Of a stretch of 64,000 bases of DNA, positions 26,101 through 42,789 are shown piece after piece. The stretch comes from the human T2T-CHM13v2.0 reference genome, Homo sapiens: assembly GCF_009914755.1 (NCBI RefSeq), contig NC_060929.1. One strand, 5' to 3'. The notes under the pieces are model-generated. The model did not search any database, had not been told where the DNA came from, and saw only the letters and a list, made by a program, of their open reading frames with translations. The first letter of the stretch is position 1; each line of letters opens with the position of its first letter. A program made the translations under genes and the position numbers.

Positions 26101-28459
26101 AAAAAACAATTGTTACTATTGGGTACTATGAACTAGACAGGATGCCAAAGTGCCAATCCTCAGATAAACCTTCAGATAGGTAACATTATGATGCCCCTGC
26201 ATGGTTAAAGCTCAGTACATTTTTGTTTTTCTTTTTTCCATGTTGCAAGAAAGGAAACTGAGATAACAGAAAGGGAAACTTTCTGATTCAAGGTCAGGCT
26301 GGTAAGTTTCACTCCTCACTTGTGAAATAAGCTATAGTTGAATAGAGGTGGCATCCAACTAGCCTTTTCTCTAAATAGATAGCATCTTCATAATAGTTCT
26401 TATTTAGGGGGTACCTACCTTCCACCCTCTTGGAACGTTGGGAAACATGTGCTGTGCTTATGTTGTGGTGGGTGGGAAGTTGTTGCATTTGATTATCACA
26501 AGGACTCAGAAATGATCCTGGCTTTTCATGAGTACCAAGACCCAAAAATATCCTCCGTGCTTTGTACAGTCCTGCAATGGTGAAAGAGTCCTTCCAGAGG
26601 ACTAACAAGCCCCCCTGTTAAGAAACACTAAGGTATTTTGACACCAGAAAGTATCTCATTGTAGAATCCTTAGGGGTGTTGTCTCAATTTGCTCCAGAAT
26701 TTTCATTCTGTTTCTATTTAATTTTCTGACTTAGGAAAACCTCCCCCTACATCTTAATCCACTTGCTCTATAAGCTGTAATTAGTGTGCATTCTGAGTTG
26801 CTAAGGCTGGAAGTCTATATTTTTTTTAGTGTAATGAAATAGATTTCCTCACTGTTAAATCTGTATTCTGACATGTTAAATGGACTCCTGGGAGCCCACC
26901 TAAGGTCCAGGAATAATGCAGCATGAGAAGAATGCAAAACCATTTCTGCTATTGAATCAGATTCATGGATGGCATTATTTGGCCTCCTTGGAGGCCCAGA
27001 CAGATAAGGGGGGTCCTGGAAGACTTTGTGCCATCTTGCAAGCTTCATCTCTTCAATCCATTTCACCACTATCAGGGTGTCTTCCTATACTCAGGTCATT
27101 GTCATCATCAAAGTACTTACTGAGAATTTACTACAAGCCAAGCACCATGTTCAGAGCTTTACATGGATTATTTTATGCCTATGGCAACCCTTTGAGTTAT
27201 CTCTACTTCACAAATGGGTAAACTGAGGCTTAGAAAGTTGAGGGCTTTATTGCCATGTTTACAGCCAGCAAGTGGCAGCGTTGGACTACCAACTCAGGCA
27301 GCATGCTTCTAAGCTCTCCATTGTAACTCAACACATCCAAGGGTACCCCATCATCCACAGAATAAAGTTCTGTGTTCACAGTTTGGCATTCAGAAGCCTC
27401 CACAATGTGGCTTCTTCCTACCCCTTCCAACTTCATTTTATTCCTCACCTCTTTAAATGCACCTTATATTTTGACACAGTCTTCAGTTTCACACCTCGAG
27501 TTGTATGCATTCCTAAACAAGGCAACACCGTTCTGAATGCTCTACAATTTTGGTACACAACAAGGCTGAGAATGAACACGCCATTTCTTTCCCCTGTGAA
27601 TAATACCCTAAACCCTCCCTTGGTATATAATTACTCCTCTTTCTGCATTATTGGAGACTTTCCACCTCTACTGATTGTTTTCTTTGGCTTTATGTTATAT
27701 ATAATGGTTTCCTGTACCCCACCCTTCTCTACTGGTTTTACATTCCTGATGTATAAAAATGTTCTCATTCATTTCTGTTTCTACTAAATCTCTAATTTAA
27801 TTTTGTATACAAAGTAAGTGGGAAGATGAGAACAGAAGAAGGGGGATGCAGAGAGAATTTTTGAAATTACGAATTCCCAGTGGACAGAGACCATATCAAA
27901 TTTAGCTTGAAATAGACTCACAGAAGAACAATACAGTCATCCAATTGGTATTCTCTTCATAGAATCTTCACAGCAAAATCAATCAGTCACAATTCAATAT
28001 TCCAGTAACCAGGACTGACACACCTGTATGGGCATCCAATGACAATGTGAGTTACCACTAACAGAAGAACAGTTGGTTATACTGCACCCTCATCTGCTTC
28101 TTCACATATTTATTGTCTATTTCTTGTTTGAAATGCTTCCTAAGCCCTTCTCCATTGCATGTCACCTCAGATGCCATTAGCAGTTTTCTTAATGTGTGGC
28201 ACACTAGAGCATCAACCCAATAATGGACTCAACAGCTGAGAACAAGATAGGAGCATCACTTCACATGTTGGTGTCACTGTTTCCACAATCACATTCTGCA
28301 ATGCTTGTTCAGTGCAACACTCAGCACACTTCCTTTGCAGTCATTTATTCTCAATCATTTGATAAAACATGTGCTCTATGTTTTGGTTTTAGGACCATAG
28401 GCCTAGTCAGACTGTGTTCAAATCTCCTCTCCAATGTATACTAGCTATGAGTTAGACTG

Positions 28460-28745
28460 GTGCTTTTTAAACATTAATGTACTAATGAATGACCTTAGGG
28501 AGTTGTAAAGGCACAAATTATTATGCAGAAGGTCTGGGATGGGGCCTGATATTCTGCATTCATCACAAATGCCCAGGTGATGTCGATGCTGCTGGGCCAT
28601 ACCACTCAATGACCTCAACTAGAGCCTTACTAGGCTTTGGCTTCATATTAAAATCACTAGTGAGGCTTCAAAACTCCCAGTACCCATGGCTGCATCCCAG
28701 AGTTATGACACTTCAATCCCTAGGTGGGACCCAAGCATCAGCATC
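28460..28745. mobile_element. Two MER5-type MITE fragments
   Basis: ggtctgggatggggcctgatattctgcatt...cccaggtgatgtcgatgctgctgg, and a second fragment from ~28630. Confidence 0.6.
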
Positions 28746-29129
28746 CCAATTTCTCACTCTAAGGAGTTCTATGAGGATTCCATTAACTTGCCATATAAAC
28801 TGCACTTAAAAGGGTCACTAGAACATGGAAAACACTCAATGTAGATTGGTTATTTTGCTGTGACTATTATAAAAAAGTAGTGCCATGTTTCTCACAACAC
28901 GGTTTCAACAAGGTGTCAATAATATTCCTAAAGTGCTTCATGATCATATAAATGTTCGCAGTTCTGTACCTACAGCCTCTCCTGGAGACAAATCTCTTAA
29001 GCATTCTCTAAAATTCTTTGATGAGGAAATCTATTTAACATTAGTTAAACTGACATTTACCAAACAGTGATGATCCTTGAGCCCTTTATTTGGTACTATT
29101 AATTTTTTTAAAATTTTTACCTCTATAAT

Positions 29130-30168
29130 AAAACTTTTTATTTTCATGTAGTTGTTACTCCATACGCATTTTAAGGAGGAATATGAAAAGACCCTATGTA
29201 CCCTTTACCCAGTTTTCCCCAGTGATAAAATCTTGCAAAACTATAGTACAACCTCTCAACCAAGATGCTGACATTGATACATTCGAAATGCAAAACATTC
29301 CCATCATCACAACAATCATTCATGTACAACTTTATAGACATAGCCTCCTTCCCTCATATTCCTACCCCTTCCTTAATCCTTGGCACTCACTAATCTGTTT
29401 TATTTCTAAATTTTTGTCATTTTGAGAATATTATACAACTGGAATCATGAAGCATGCAACTTTTTGAGATTGGCTTTTTTGAGTCAGAATAAGTCTCTAT
29501 AGATTCATTCAGTTTATTTTATGTATCAATAATTTGGTTCCTGCCAGGCACAGTAGTCACACTTGTAATCTCAACATTTGGGAGGCCAAGGAGGGAGGAT
29601 TGCTTGATCTCAGGAATTCAAGACCAGCTTGGACAACATAGTGAGACCCCATTCTTATAAAAATAAAAATAAAAAATTAGCCAGGCACCATGGCTCACTC
29701 TGTACTCAAGAGAAGGCTGAGGCAGGGGGATCACTCAAGCCTTGACCAGGTCAAGGCTGCAGTGAGCCTTGATTGTGCCACTGCACTCTAGCCTGGGTGA
29801 AAGAGCAAGACTCTGTCTCAAAAATTAAATACATATATATATATTTTATACATATGTATATATATGTGTATATATATATATATTTTATATAGATAGATAA
29901 ATAGATAGATAGTTAGAGAGCTGAGTAGTAGTCCACAGTATATATGTACACCACAGTTTATTTAGTCATTTACACATTGAATCTGGGTTGTTTCCAGTTT
30001 GGGATTATTATGAATAAAGCTGCTGTAAACAGTTGTGTACAGGTTTGTGTGAATGTAAGTTTTTATTTCTCTGGGATAATACCCAGGAATGATTGTAGGG
30101 AGTTTTCATGTTCAGTTTTTCCTCTTTTTAAACTGCCCAAGTGTTTTCCAGCATAACTGTGTCATTTT
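29130..30168 (-). mobile_element. Old L1M (L1MB/MC) 3' fragment, host of an AluJ and the L1HS; continues at 36220-36330
   Basis: L1M 3' motifs. The text aactgcccaagtgttttcca...gtcatttt resumes as aaattcccatgagcaatgtatgag after the L1HS. Confidence 0.8.
29543..29825 (+). mobile_element. AluJ followed by (TA)n/(TAGA)n microsatellite (~29830-29912)
   Basis: ggaggattgcttga...aggctgcagtgagcc...gactctgtctc followed by TA repeats. Confidence 0.9.
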
Positions 30169-30410
30169 CCTTTTTTATTTTTTTTTTTAATTTTTTTTTT
30201 ATTTTATTATACTCTAAGTTTTAGGGTACATGTGCACATTGTGCAGGTTAGTTACATATGTATACATGTGCCATGCTGGTGCGCTGCACCCACTAACGTG
30301 TCATCTAGCATTAGGTATATCTCCCAATGCTATCCCTCCCCCCTCCCCCGACCCCACCATAGTCCCCAGAGTGTGATATTCCCCTTCCTGTGTCCATGTG
30401 ATCTCATTGT

Positions 30411-34262
<3,852 letters not shown>

Positions 34263-34301
34263 TCATTAGTTGATGCAGTTTCTTCCTAGTCTCAATGGTC
34301 T

Positions 34302-35318
34302 TTACATTTTGGCATGATTTTGCAGCGGCTGGTACCGGTTGTTCCTTTCCATGTTTAGTGCTTCCTTCAGGAGCTCTTTTAGGGCAGGCCTGGTGGTGAC
34401 AAAATCTCTCAGCATTTGCTTGTCTATAAAGTATTTTATTTCTCCTTCACTTATGAAGCTTAGTTTGGCTGGATATGAAATTCTGAGTTGAAAATTCTTT
34501 TCTTTAAGAATGTTGAATATTGGCCCCCACTCTCTTCTGGCTTGTAGGGTTTCTGCCGAGAGATCTGCTGTTAGTCTGATGGGCTTTCCTTTGAGGGTAA
34601 CCCGACCTTTCTCTCTGGCTGCCCTTAACATTTTTTCCTTCATTTCAACTTTGGTGAATCTGACAATTATGTGTCTTGGAGTTGCTCTTCTCGAGGAGTA
34701 TCTTTGTGGCGTTCTCTGTATTTCCTGAATCTGAACGTTGGCCTGCCTTGCTAGATTGGGGAAGTTCTCCTGGATAATATCCTGCAGAGTGTTTTCCAAC
34801 TTGGTTCCATTCTCCCCATCACTTTCAGGTACACCAATCAGACGTAGATTTGGTCTTTTCACATAGTCCCATATTTCTTGGAGGCTTTGCTCATTTCTTT
34901 TTATTCTTTTTTCTCTAAACTTCCCTTCTCGCTTCATTTCATTCATTTCATCTTCCATTGCTGATACCCTTTCTTCCAGTTGGTCGCATCGGCTCCTGAG
35001 GCTTCTGCATTCTTCACGTAGTTCTCGAGCCTTGGTTTTCAGCTCCATCAGCTCCTTTAAGCACTTCTCTGTATTGGTTATTCTAGTTATACATTCTTCT
35101 AAATTTTTTTCAAAGTTTTCAACTTCTTTGCCTTTGGTTTGAATGTCCTCCCGTAGCTCAGAGTAATTTGATTGTCTGAAGCCTTCTTCTCTCAGCTCGT
35201 CAAAATCATTCTCCATCCAGCTTTGTTCTGTTGCTGATGAGGAACTGCGTTCCTTTGGAGGAGGAGAGGCACTCTGCGTTTTAGAGTTTCCAGTTTTTCT
35301 GTTCTGTTTTTTCCCCAT
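34302..35318 (-). CDS. ORF1: L1 ORF1p, intact 338-aa RNA-binding/chaperone protein
   Basis: MGKKQNRKTGNSKTQ...QPLQNHAKM, with coiled coil and REKG, ARR and YPAKLS motifs intact. Confidence 0.97.
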   Translation of the reverse strand: MGKKQNRKTGNSKTQSASPPPKERSSSSATEQSWMENDFDELREEGFRQSNYSELREDIQTKGKEVENFEKNLEECITRITNTEKCLKELMELKTKARELREECRSLRSRCDQLEERVSAMEDEMNEMKREGKFREKRIKRNEQSLQEIWDYVKRPNLRLIGVPESDGENGTKLENTLQDIIQENFPNLARQANVQIQEIQRTPQRYSSRRATPRHIIVRFTKVEMKEKMLRAAREKGRVTLKGKPIRLTADLSAETLQARREWGPIFNILKEKNFQLRISYPAKLSFISEGEIKYFIDKQMLRDFVTTRPALKELLKEALNMERNNRYQPLQNHAKM

Positions 35319-36219
35319 CTTTGTGGTTTTATCTACTTTTGGTCTTTGATGATGGTGATGTACAGATGGGTTTTCGGTGTAGATGTCCTTTCTGGTTGTT
35401 AGTTTTCCTTCTAACAGACAGGACCCTCAGCTGCAGGTCTGTTGGAGTACTGGGCCGTGTGAGGTGTCAGTGTGCCCCTGCTGGGGGGTGCCTCCCAGTT
35501 AGGCTGCTCGGGGGTCAGGGGTCAGGGACCCACTTGAGGAGGCAGTCTGCCCGTTCTCAGATCTCCAGCTGCGTGCTGGGAGAACCACTGCTCTCTTCAA
35601 AGCTGTCAGACAGGGACACTTAAGTCTGCAGAGGTTACTGCTGTCTTTTTGTTTGTCTGTGCCCTGCCCCCAGAGGTGGAGCCTACAGAGGCAGGCAGGC
35701 CTCCTTGATCTGTGGTGGGCTCCACCCAGTTCGAGCTTCCAGGCTGCTTTGTTTACCTAAGCAAGCCTGGGCAATGGCGGGCGCCCCTCCCCCAGCCTCG
35801 TTGCGGCCTGGCAGTTTGATCTCAGACTGCTGTGCTAGCAATCAGCGCGATTCCGTGGGCGTAGGACCCTCTGAGCCAGGTGTGGGATATAGTCTCGTGG
35901 TGCGCCGTTTCTTAAGCCGGTCTGAAAAGCGCAATATTCGGGTGGGAGTGACCCGATTTTCCAGGTGCGTCCGTCACCCCTTTCTTTGACTCGGAAAGGG
36001 AACTCCCTGACCCCTTGCGCTTCCCAGGGGAGGCAATGCCTCGCCCTGCTTCGGCTCGCGCACGGTGTGCACACACACTGGCCTGCGCCCACTGTCTGGC
36101 ACTCCCTAGTGAGATGAACCCGGTACCTCAGATGGAAATGCAGAAATCACCCGTCTTCTGCGTCGCTCACGCTGGGAGCTGTAGACCGGAGCTGTTCCTA
36201 TTCGGCCATCTTGGCTCCC
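35319..36219 (-). promoter_or_regulatory. L1 5'UTR: CpG-rich internal sense promoter and antisense promoter (ASP fires on the + strand); YY1 site intact
   Basis: CpG-dense ~900 bp; YY1 motif ggccatcttg at 36204-36213. Confidence 0.9.
35774..35989 (+). CDS. ORF0: L1 ORF0, intact 71 aa (antisense ORF of primate L1 5'UTR)
   Basis: MAGAPPPASLRPGSLISDCCASNQRDSVGVGPSEPGVGYSLVVRRFLSRSEKRNIRVGVTRFSRCVRHPFL from the ATG at 35774. Donor-like sites CAG|GTGTGG (after 35879) and CAG|GTGCGT (after 35964). Confidence 0.88.
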   Translation: MAGAPPPASLRPGSLISDCCASNQRDSVGVGPSEPGVGYSLVVRRFLSRSEKRNIRVGVTRFSRCVRHPFL

Positions 36220-39041
36220 AACTGTGTCATTTTAAATTCCCATGAGCAATGTATGAGTGATCCAGATTACACATATCCCCATCAGCCTTTGGTGCTGCCC
36301 TTATTTTTTATTCAGCCATTCTGAAAAGTCAGCTTCCCTGAGAAGAGGCTAAAGACACACCAGGCAGTTTGTGCCATGTGTTAAAGTGGACCCTGTAGGT
36401 TTTCCCTTATCTGAAATACAAGCCTTGAGAGTGGAGATAGGAGTGGTTTTCATCCAGGAAATAGATTCTGAGCAGGTAAAACATTGACAAAGTCAAGTCA
36501 GAGGTCCCCATGAGCAGGGAGGGACATGAGGACAGGGTAAGGGAAAAAGAGGATGGGAATGGAGGCCTAGAGGGAAGGCAGAGCAAGAAAGAACTGTTGG
36601 GGGTTGGGGAAGCCTGTTTTGGGTTATGCTGGGTTAGCAGGGGTTTTTCTGTTGTTCTTCACCTCAGAGTGCAGATGAAGCAAGTGAGAATGTACTTTCT
36701 TTGTGAGAACTCTACCTTCTAATAATACCTTGATCTCACAGGGTACCTTGTTTCCCAAGACCTCAGAGGGTGTGACAAACCTCAGTGTTCCTGTGATACT
36801 TGACCTCCTCTTCTCAAGGGAAAGAAACTGAGGCAGAAGAGACAGGCAAGCATCAATCCTGGAATTATCTTACATAGACTAGGAATTGGAGCAATGAGAG
36901 GTTAGCATTCTAAGGCATTAATGTTAATTTCCTGTATTGAACATCTCTCTTTTAATACAAGATGCTGTGACCATCTGTTTTCATTCAGGATGCATACAGT
37001 TCACCAAATGACAGCATTGATAAAGGGATGTTCAACCCTTTCTCATCTCCAGATTATCCTTTCTTCTCATTTCCAAGAAACAGTTAATGTAGAAAAAAAA
37101 TCATGAAGCTAAACTTTGTGTTTGCATGATATCCAAGTTAACTTCTCCATATTTATTTTGAAAATAACTATCATAACCTCTTTTGAAAATAAGTAAGGAA
37201 ATAAATAGAAAAGTTGATTGTGCTGCCTGCCTCAGATTCTGGAGATAATGCAGACCAGACAACCCAAGTTGAAGGCTATTTTGACGCCAGTCTGTAGGCA
37301 GCAAGCAAATTACTCAAGGACACAAGAGAGGCAAAGACTGTTTTCTTTTTGATGTTGATAGAGCAAGTCAATAGAACATTTAAATGGAAAACATAACAAA
37401 CTGATGAAAGAACTAAATGAGGATTCAGTTTTCACACATACCACACTCCTATTCTAGTTATGATGTTTATACTACCAAAAGGTAGTGATAGTGGCTATGG
37501 AAAATCTGCATAAAGAGGTATTTTGAAGGCAGCAACACAGTATTAGATTTTCTTTTTCATAGAAATTCTGTCCACCTAGACAACTGCTACTGATTTCTCA
37601 AAATTCTGCTCAAGCATCTCTCCTTTTCTGATGCTTTCCTTTAACCTGTGGATCCTCCCCAACCTTGGCCCTATCTCGTTTATTACATGGGCTACATTGG
37701 ATAGAAATGATTTCTTTATATGGCTGTCAGCATCACTAAACTGATCATTTAGTTACTACATTAACTGCCATTCATTTTTGTTTCCCTAACAGAGTGCCTG
37801 GCACATAGGCCATTTTCAAGATTTGTGAGAAAATGGAATACATATCCTGAGAAATCATTGTAGAAACACTTCCTAGGAGACAGGAATTCTGAGATCCAAA
37901 TTACCACAATGTGTTTTTTCTCAGAAACATTTAAACTACACGAGTCTCAAAATTTTTAACCACAAATGAGGTATAGCAATACCTACTTTATCAGGCTTCA
38001 TGCAAAGACCACCTGAGATAATCCACTGTGTAAATTCTTCCTTCATTGTCAAGCCTCATAATAGATAATTATTGTTAGGACTCACGTCATCTCAACTCCT
38101 ACTTGAGATAGCTCCAAACTGCTAAAGGTTCCATGATAGAACTGGGACTTGCCGTCTTGTGGATTTTTTCTCAGGAAGCACATTGGTTAGTATTCAGATC
38201 ACGAACTTTGAGGCTTCATTGCCATAAACCTATCTTGCTCTTAATTGGCTCTGTGTAATCTCAATATATTGGCCCAATAATTCTCTTTTTCAAGTTTGGG
38301 GTAAGCTTCATCCCTAATATTCCCTTCCCTCAATTCCATTTCCCTCTAAGGTGCTACAGTTGAATTTCTAGACACCTAGTTACATAATAGAAAAATAAAG
38401 GAAACAACACTATACAATGAAAACACTTTAAATTTAGAAGGATTCAGGTTAATAGCAGACTTCTCTTACGGAAACCTTATTATGTGTGACTTGCATAAAT
38501 CCCAGGGCCTAATGTGACCCTCTAAGATCAGAATTGCATTTAAAGATGTATGTTTCAGCAAGCAAAGAAGTAATCCAATATTAACTTGAATCTCATAAGG
38601 ACTATAAAAGAAGTTCTATGATGTAACTCACAGAAAGCTTCTGAAAAATGTCATATTTCTCTCAATCTCTAATGCTCATGTCAGAGGCATTGGAACCAGA
38701 GCAACTCCACCTTGAATAGGGGCTGGGTAAAATAAGGCTGAGACCTACCAGGCTGCATTCCAAGGAGGTTAGGTGTTTTAAGTCACAGGATGAGATAGGA
38801 AGTTGTCACAAGATACAGATCATAAATGCCTTGCTGATAAAACAAGCTGTGGTAAAGAAGCCAGCCAAAACCAAGATGGTAACAAAAGTTGACATCTGAT
38901 CGTCCTCATTGCTCATTATACACTAACTAAAATGCACGAGCATGCTAAAAAACACTCCCACCGGCGCCATGACAGTTTACAAATGCCACGGCAATGTCAG
39001 GAAGTTACCCTATATGGTCTAAAAAGGGGAGGAACCCTCAG

Positions 39042-39050
39042 TTCTGGGAA
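39042..39050. promoter_or_regulatory. GAS (STAT) motif TTCTGGGAA in MER41
   Basis: Matches TTCNNNGAA. The neighbouring second site is degenerate (TTCCTGGAC, 39063-39071). Function untested. Confidence 0.55.
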
Positions 39051-39240
39051 TTGCCTACCCCTTTCCTGGACAACTCATGAATAATCCACCCCTTGTTTAG
39101 CATATAATCAAGAAATAATTATAAAAATAGGTAACCAGCAGCCTAAGGGCTGCTCTGCCTATGGAGTAGACATTCTTTTGTTCCCTTACTTTCTTAGTAA
39201 ACTTGCTTTCACTTTACTCTATGGACTTGCCCTGAATTCT

Positions 39241-39694
39241 CTTTTTTTTTAATTATTATACTTTAATTTCTAGGGTACATGTGCACAATGTACAGGTTTG
39301 ATACATAGGTATACATGTGCCATGTTGGTTTGCTGCATCCATCGACTCATCATTTACATTAGGTACTTCTCCTAATGCTATCCCACCCGCAGCCCTCCAC
39401 CCCCTGACAGGCCCCGGTGTGTGGGGGTTTGTTCCCCGCCCTGTGTCCAAGTGATCTCATTGTTCAATTCCCACCTATGAGTGAGAACATACACTGTTTG
39501 GTTTTCTGTCCTTATGACAGTTTGCTGAGAATGATGGTTTCCAGCTTCATTCAGGTCCCTATAAAGACACATGCACAGGTATGTTTATTGAGGCACTATT
39601 CACAATAGCAAAGACTTGGAACCAACCCAAATGTCCATCAATGATAGACTGGATTAAGAAAATGTGGCACATATACACCATGGAATACTATGCA
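39241..39694 (-). mobile_element. Short L1PA6-like insertion with 5' inversion (twin priming)
   Basis: Poly(T) plus antisense 3'UTR at 39241-~39562, then a sense-oriented ORF2 end at ~39562-39697. TSD GCCCTGAATTCT at 39229-39240 and 39695-39706. Confidence 0.93.
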
Positions 39695-41944
39695 GCCCTG
39701 AATTCTTTCTTGTGCGAGATCCAAGAGTCCTCTCTTGGGGTCTGGATCTGGACCCCTTTCTGGTAACACTCACGTTCAGAAACTGATTCACCCAAGCAGC
39801 TGGATATTACTACCAACTGGGGTTCGTCTCTGTCAGACTATATTTACCTTCTCATAGAGGCAGTTTCAACCTTGTCTGGTAACATGCCACCATGCCAGTT
39901 TTTCCAGTCCTCCCTTCTGACAGAGTAGCCCCAAATCTCCCTTGATTAAGGATTGGGGAGGGAGCCCATAGAAGTACTAACAGCAGTACGTTACTAATCA
40001 AGGTAAACATAAAAATAGGCAGTGCGAGCATTGAGGTATCATGCCACAATTTTCCTCAATTTTATAAAAAGGACTCTCTTCTACAAGCTAGCTGTTTTTC
40101 AAATTGAGGATTCAAGACCCAGAGAGGCAAAGACCAACTCACACAATGCAATAGTTCCGGACCTGTGAATATAACCCATAACTCTTCAATCTCAGCCCAT
40201 GGGACTTCCCAAAAGCCTGCATTGTAATAAAGCCAACAAGAGACATGGTTTGCTGAACCCAAAGCCTGTTACGTCTCCATAACAGGGTTTCCTGGGAGAC
40301 CATCTGCTGCAGAGCAGAGCTATCAGAACTGCAGACGCTGGTTTTTCCCACTCGAATCCACAGTGGGGCCTGGTGAACAGCGAAGAAAAATACCTCAGCT
40401 TCTTAAGTAATCATCCTACCCTCTCCAACTCTGTGCTTCACGCTCCACACATGGCCCAGCTTTTTTCACTTAATCAATTGCATTACACATTTATTGCCTC
40501 ATTTTTCTCCCTGTTGTAAAGATTATTGCTTGAATAAGTCTTAGTGAATTGGAAACGAGCAAAAAGGAATCACTTAAAGACTTATTAAGAAGACATGTTT
40601 TCCTTGCACTGATCTAAAATCTTCATATACCATGAATAAATGAAATTCTTCCTTGTTTATGTCAAAGAAAAGAAAGAAATGTTGCTCTAATATATACATA
40701 GCTCAAAGATCCACTCTTAGGATTCTTCACCAGTGTACTTTCCCTGGGAAGAGGGCAACTATTGCGAAAGAACAAGAGATGTTGACATGAATCATCCTCA
40801 GCCCTGTTCGCAATGAATGTTCCCACTCCCCGTCATTACCCTATGTCAACCTGACAATGAAGCCATGGCAGCAGCACCTGACATTTTTATCATCCTCCCC
40901 GTTTATCCCAGCTGTTTTACAAACACCATCTCAGATCCTCATAACACCTGGCAAGGAGACAAGGAGTATTTATCTCTACTTGATCACCTCATTTGACTTG
41001 TCCAAGGTCATAGAATTTATTAAAGTCTGAATAGAGCCCCAAATGCATGATTTTTAGTACCTAGGCCAAAGCTTCTGTATCATTCAGAACGTTTTTAACT
41101 GGAAAGAACAGAAAGATTACAGTGCTTCATTGAGGAGGATTTTCTGAATTCTTATCAGTGGAAATCTAGAGGTTGGGAAGGCTACTGGGGACCTTCTCTC
41201 AGGCGTCTGGAGGGAGAAGAGGGGGAAGAAAAGGTGGCAGAGATGACAAGGGTAAAAAGAAGAGGGAAACAGAAAAAGAGGGGGCAGAGGAGGGAGAGGA
41301 GAAAGGGTAGAGGAGAGGAGAAAAATGCAAAATGAGGGAGATTGCTAAGAATACATGAAGGCCTGCCTGGAATGGGCATGAGACATACTAGTGTAAGTAC
41401 AAGAGAAAGCGCTGTTTGGAGGACAGTCCCTGGTAGGTGCGAAGCCCAGGAAGCAGGGAGTCACACTGCTTGGGAGGCTCTATGACAGAGGGTCAGTGAG
41501 AACTTCAGGGGTTTAGTGGACAGAACCACAAAATGCTCTCCCTGATTCTGCATGGTAATGGCACATTTCTCTTAGGATCACCCAAGCACTTTAGAGTTGG
41601 CAGAAGAGCAACACCATTTAGCCTAGACATCAAGAGAAATGAACTGGTGGTTGACTTTTCTGCCCCTCAGGAGTGATAACAACCTTTGCCTCTTAAAGTT
41701 AGATGAGGAAAACATTAGCAGGTTCACTGTGGGGAGCCATCCAGGCTGGCGCTGAAGTGAACAAGTGGCTGGAAAATTATCTGGAAGGGTGAGAAGACTC
41801 AGCTACCTGCCCCTTACATTTAGCACCCACATGAAGTACTTAGGAGCCTGTTGGAAGATGCCTTGAAACACTGGGGGGTCTGGGGAAATTACAAACAAGC
41901 ATACACCTCAGCTTTGAAAAACCCTTCAGATGCTTTTTCTTACT

Positions 41945-42061
41945 TTTCCTTTAACTGAAAAATAGTTATAAACTAACATTAACACAGAGAAAAGTAAAGA
42001 GAATGAGACTGGTAAGAAATATTCGTGTGTCCATTACCTGGACTTAACAATCTAACATTTT

Positions 42062-42093
<32 letters not shown>

Positions 42094-42660
42094 CAGAATT
42101 TTTACTAGAAAAAAAGTGTGTTACAAAGACAGTGAAATGCCCCTCTCTACCACCACCATTCCCCATCCCATTCTTTCCCTCCCTGGAGAAAACAAACCCT
42201 GAAGTAGGTGTGTATTCCTCCTACCCATGTTCTTATGCTTACTATTTATGTGTGTAGGCATATATAATAGACATTTAATGTAATATTTTTTGTACTTTAA
42301 AATGTTTCATAAGGGCTGCATCTTTTTACCACTTGCTTTTTCAATACAACATTTGGGTCTTACCTGTGTTGACTCATGCAGACCTAGTTCACTTACAAAC
42401 ATTATATATGATTATATACATGAAGGTACCACAATTCATTAATCCGTTCACTGATTGATGGACACTTAAATTGCTTCCAGTTTTCACCATGGTGACAACA
42501 ATGCAATAGACATTCTTGGACATATCTCCTCATGTACAGTGTGCTAGTTTTTCTAGAATAAATACTAAGCCATGCAATTGCCAGGTTGCAGGGTATGTGC
42601 ATTTCATCTTCACTGACATTGCCAAAGTGTTCAAAAGTACATGATACACCAATTTCCCTA
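41945..42660 (-). mobile_element. L1ME-type 3' fragment with T29 run (42065-42093)
   Basis: Old L1 3' motifs (ctgattgatggacacttaaattgcttccagttttcacc). Boundaries approximate. Confidence 0.65.
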
Positions 42661-42789
42661 AGCTGCATCAAAACGCTTACTCCTCTTGAGGAAGGAGATA
42701 ATGCTCCAACCAGTGTTGTATCTACTTACCAGAAGTCCAATTAATTTCTACAGGAAGTCTAATGAAGAGATCAATTTGCTTCAAATTGG

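Larger units (their letters stand above)
38679..39768 (+). mobile_element. MER41 (MER41A/B) ERV1 solo LTR interrupted by an L1PA6
   Basis: tgtcagaggcattggaaccagagcaactcc ... gacccctttctggtaaca. 4-bp TSD CTCA at 38675-38678 and 39769-39772. Confidence 0.93.

Noticed and set aside
27264-27280. CTCF-like CCAGCAAGTGGCAGCG
   Set aside because: Lies in a MIR core where such text is common and mismatches the core AG[AG] position; unsupported without ChIP data.
27272-27787. 171-aa ORF, the longest non-L1 ORF
   Set aside because: GTG start, runs through MIR and L2-derived sequence, no domain-like features or splice context.
40761-40814. ATTGCGAA...TTCGCAAT inverted repeat, possible miRNA-like hairpin
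   Set aside because: Only 8 bp pair perfectly and the interior pairs poorly; compatible with chance.
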